Positions 63,255 through 64,000 of a stretch of 64,000 bases of DNA are shown here, one piece after another; position 1 is the stretch's first letter, and the number at the start of each line of letters is the position of its first letter. The DNA comes from an uncultured Victivallales bacterium. Lineage in GTDB: Bacteria > Verrucomicrobiota > Lentisphaeria > Victivallales > UBA1829. Location: NCBI GenBank assembly GCA_944391115.1, contig CALXSJ010000003.1, positions 167,574 through 231,573 of the forward strand, read 5' to 3'. A model generated the notes under the pieces. The model had not been told where the DNA came from and did no database searches. It saw nothing but the letters and a program-made list of their open reading frames with translations. The position numbers and the translations under genes were made by a program.

Positions 63255-64000
63255 CGCTCAGAATCCGGAGGCGTGAAACTTCTGGAAAAGGGACTTGGCG
63301 GCATGCGCTTTGACCGCAGTTTCAAATGTGACTGGACAGTGAGATCCGAGTTGAGCGCTGATACATGGGATGCCGCAGTGAGCATTCCCTTCTCCGCTTT
63401 CCCGCACTCTCCCGCGCCCACGGAAAAGCCGTGGAAAATCGGCATTGTCCGCACTTCCTCTGCGGCAAAGGGACTTCTGCCCAGCTGCGCCTGGCCGGTG
63501 GCGCAGTATCACAACCTCGGAGCGCTGGGCAATTTCAAAGCGGTGACACAGGAGCAGTTTGCCGGCGAGCCTTCCAGAATGTTTGCTCTTTTTCGGCGGC
63601 GGAGCTGAAAAAAACTATGCCAGAGGTGTGTTTCTCAGCTTTGCCTCAAGGGGCTGGAAGCTTGAGATCCCGCCGACCGAAGCGGATTTTGCCGACCTCG
63701 TATCCAATGACTACGGGATCATTTTCTATACCGGTTTCAGAGGATACAAAAAAGAAGACGTCACTGCGCGGGGGCGCATGCTGCCGAATGAGCTTGGCGC
63801 CATTCGCAAGGCCATTGAAAACGGCGCCCTCTTTCTCTGGGATCATTCCCATCAGAACGGTCATTGGCTCAAGGACCCGGATTTGACATTGAAAGGCAGT
63901 TATCTTGCCGCTAATTTGAGATTCACTGAAATCGCACCCGGCGACTGGAGCAGAAAGGCTCACAATCTGAACAAAATATTCCGCCTTCCGGTTCCGACCT
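63255..64000 (+). pseudogene. 5'-truncated, frameshifted paralog of the CBM9-like + C-terminal domains of the 46363-49233 protein (runs off window)
   Basis: CDWTVRSELSADTWDAAVSIPFSAF...KPWKIGIVR aligns with PDWKSSVKLEKDRWIAEMTIPFRAL...RYWKISIVR. The reading frame shifts +1 at the T5 run (63589-63593). The downstream frame (GWKLEIP...YGIIFYTGF...AIRKAIENGALFLW) stays open to 64000 and is absent from the ORF track. Confidence 0.55.

Noticed and set aside
63365-63963. ORF-track entries 63365-63886 (+, 173 aa) and 63646-63963 (-, 105 aa) as genes.
   Set aside because: Both are out of frame or antisense relative to the frame that shows homology to the 956-aa protein's C-terminal domains. Their translations are low-complexity.
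1-64000. CRISPR arrays, rRNA and tRNA genes.
   Set aside because: There are no regularly spaced direct repeats. No GTTCGAATC/T-loop-like or anticodon-stem patterns appear in intergenic regions, and no rRNA-like conserved stretches. This was an eye scan only, so tRNAscan/Infernal would be decisive.

Overview
This is a bacterial chromosomal segment. Most genes sit at roughly 55-63% GC on hand-counted 60-nt lines, with patches near 43-47%. It carries four members of the prepilin-type N-terminal helix + H-X9-DG family, which I infer points to a PVC-superphylum genome, possibly Lentisphaerota/Victivallales-like. Housekeeping genes are scattered through the window: argF (partial), ilvC, valS, murA, icd, gcvT-gcvH and recN. 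Most of the window is accessory carbohydrate metabolism. (1) Four loci share one layout: a dedicated regulator (AraC or GntR-LacI type), one H-X9-DG pseudopilin-like gene, and large secreted CAZyme-like proteins (three DUF4838-like paralogs, LamG, CBM9-like, a GH42-like protein, two DUF4091/GH123-like paralogs), alongside GH32-like and GH3 enzymes that have no signal peptide. None of these loci has a recognisable transporter. (2) An IclR-headed cluster holds three tandem cytoplasmic GH10 paralogs interleaved with an enolase-superfamily dehydratase, followed by an RraA-type aldolase and an SDR. (3) A FadR-type GntR cluster holds an HpcH aldolase, an esterase and an AAC(3)-family acetyltransferase. 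The observation I rate highest is a two-copy conserved leader RNA of about 150-170 nt (11762-11930 and 28222-28370). Each copy starts at a sigma70-like promoter and ends in a hairpin plus U7 upstream of an unrelated transcription-factor gene. The two copies show paired compensatory changes, and I cannot match them to any riboswitch class I know. Other points: none of the four pseudopilin-like proteins has the canonical Gly at -1. There is an orphan terminase-small-subunit-like gene. A decayed IS3 orfA remnant abuts a 5'-truncated, frameshifted paralog at the right edge. Several heads of operons carry near-consensus sigma70 promoters. I found no rRNA, tRNA or CRISPR array. Family names come from motif recognition by eye and need HMM or BLAST confirmation.
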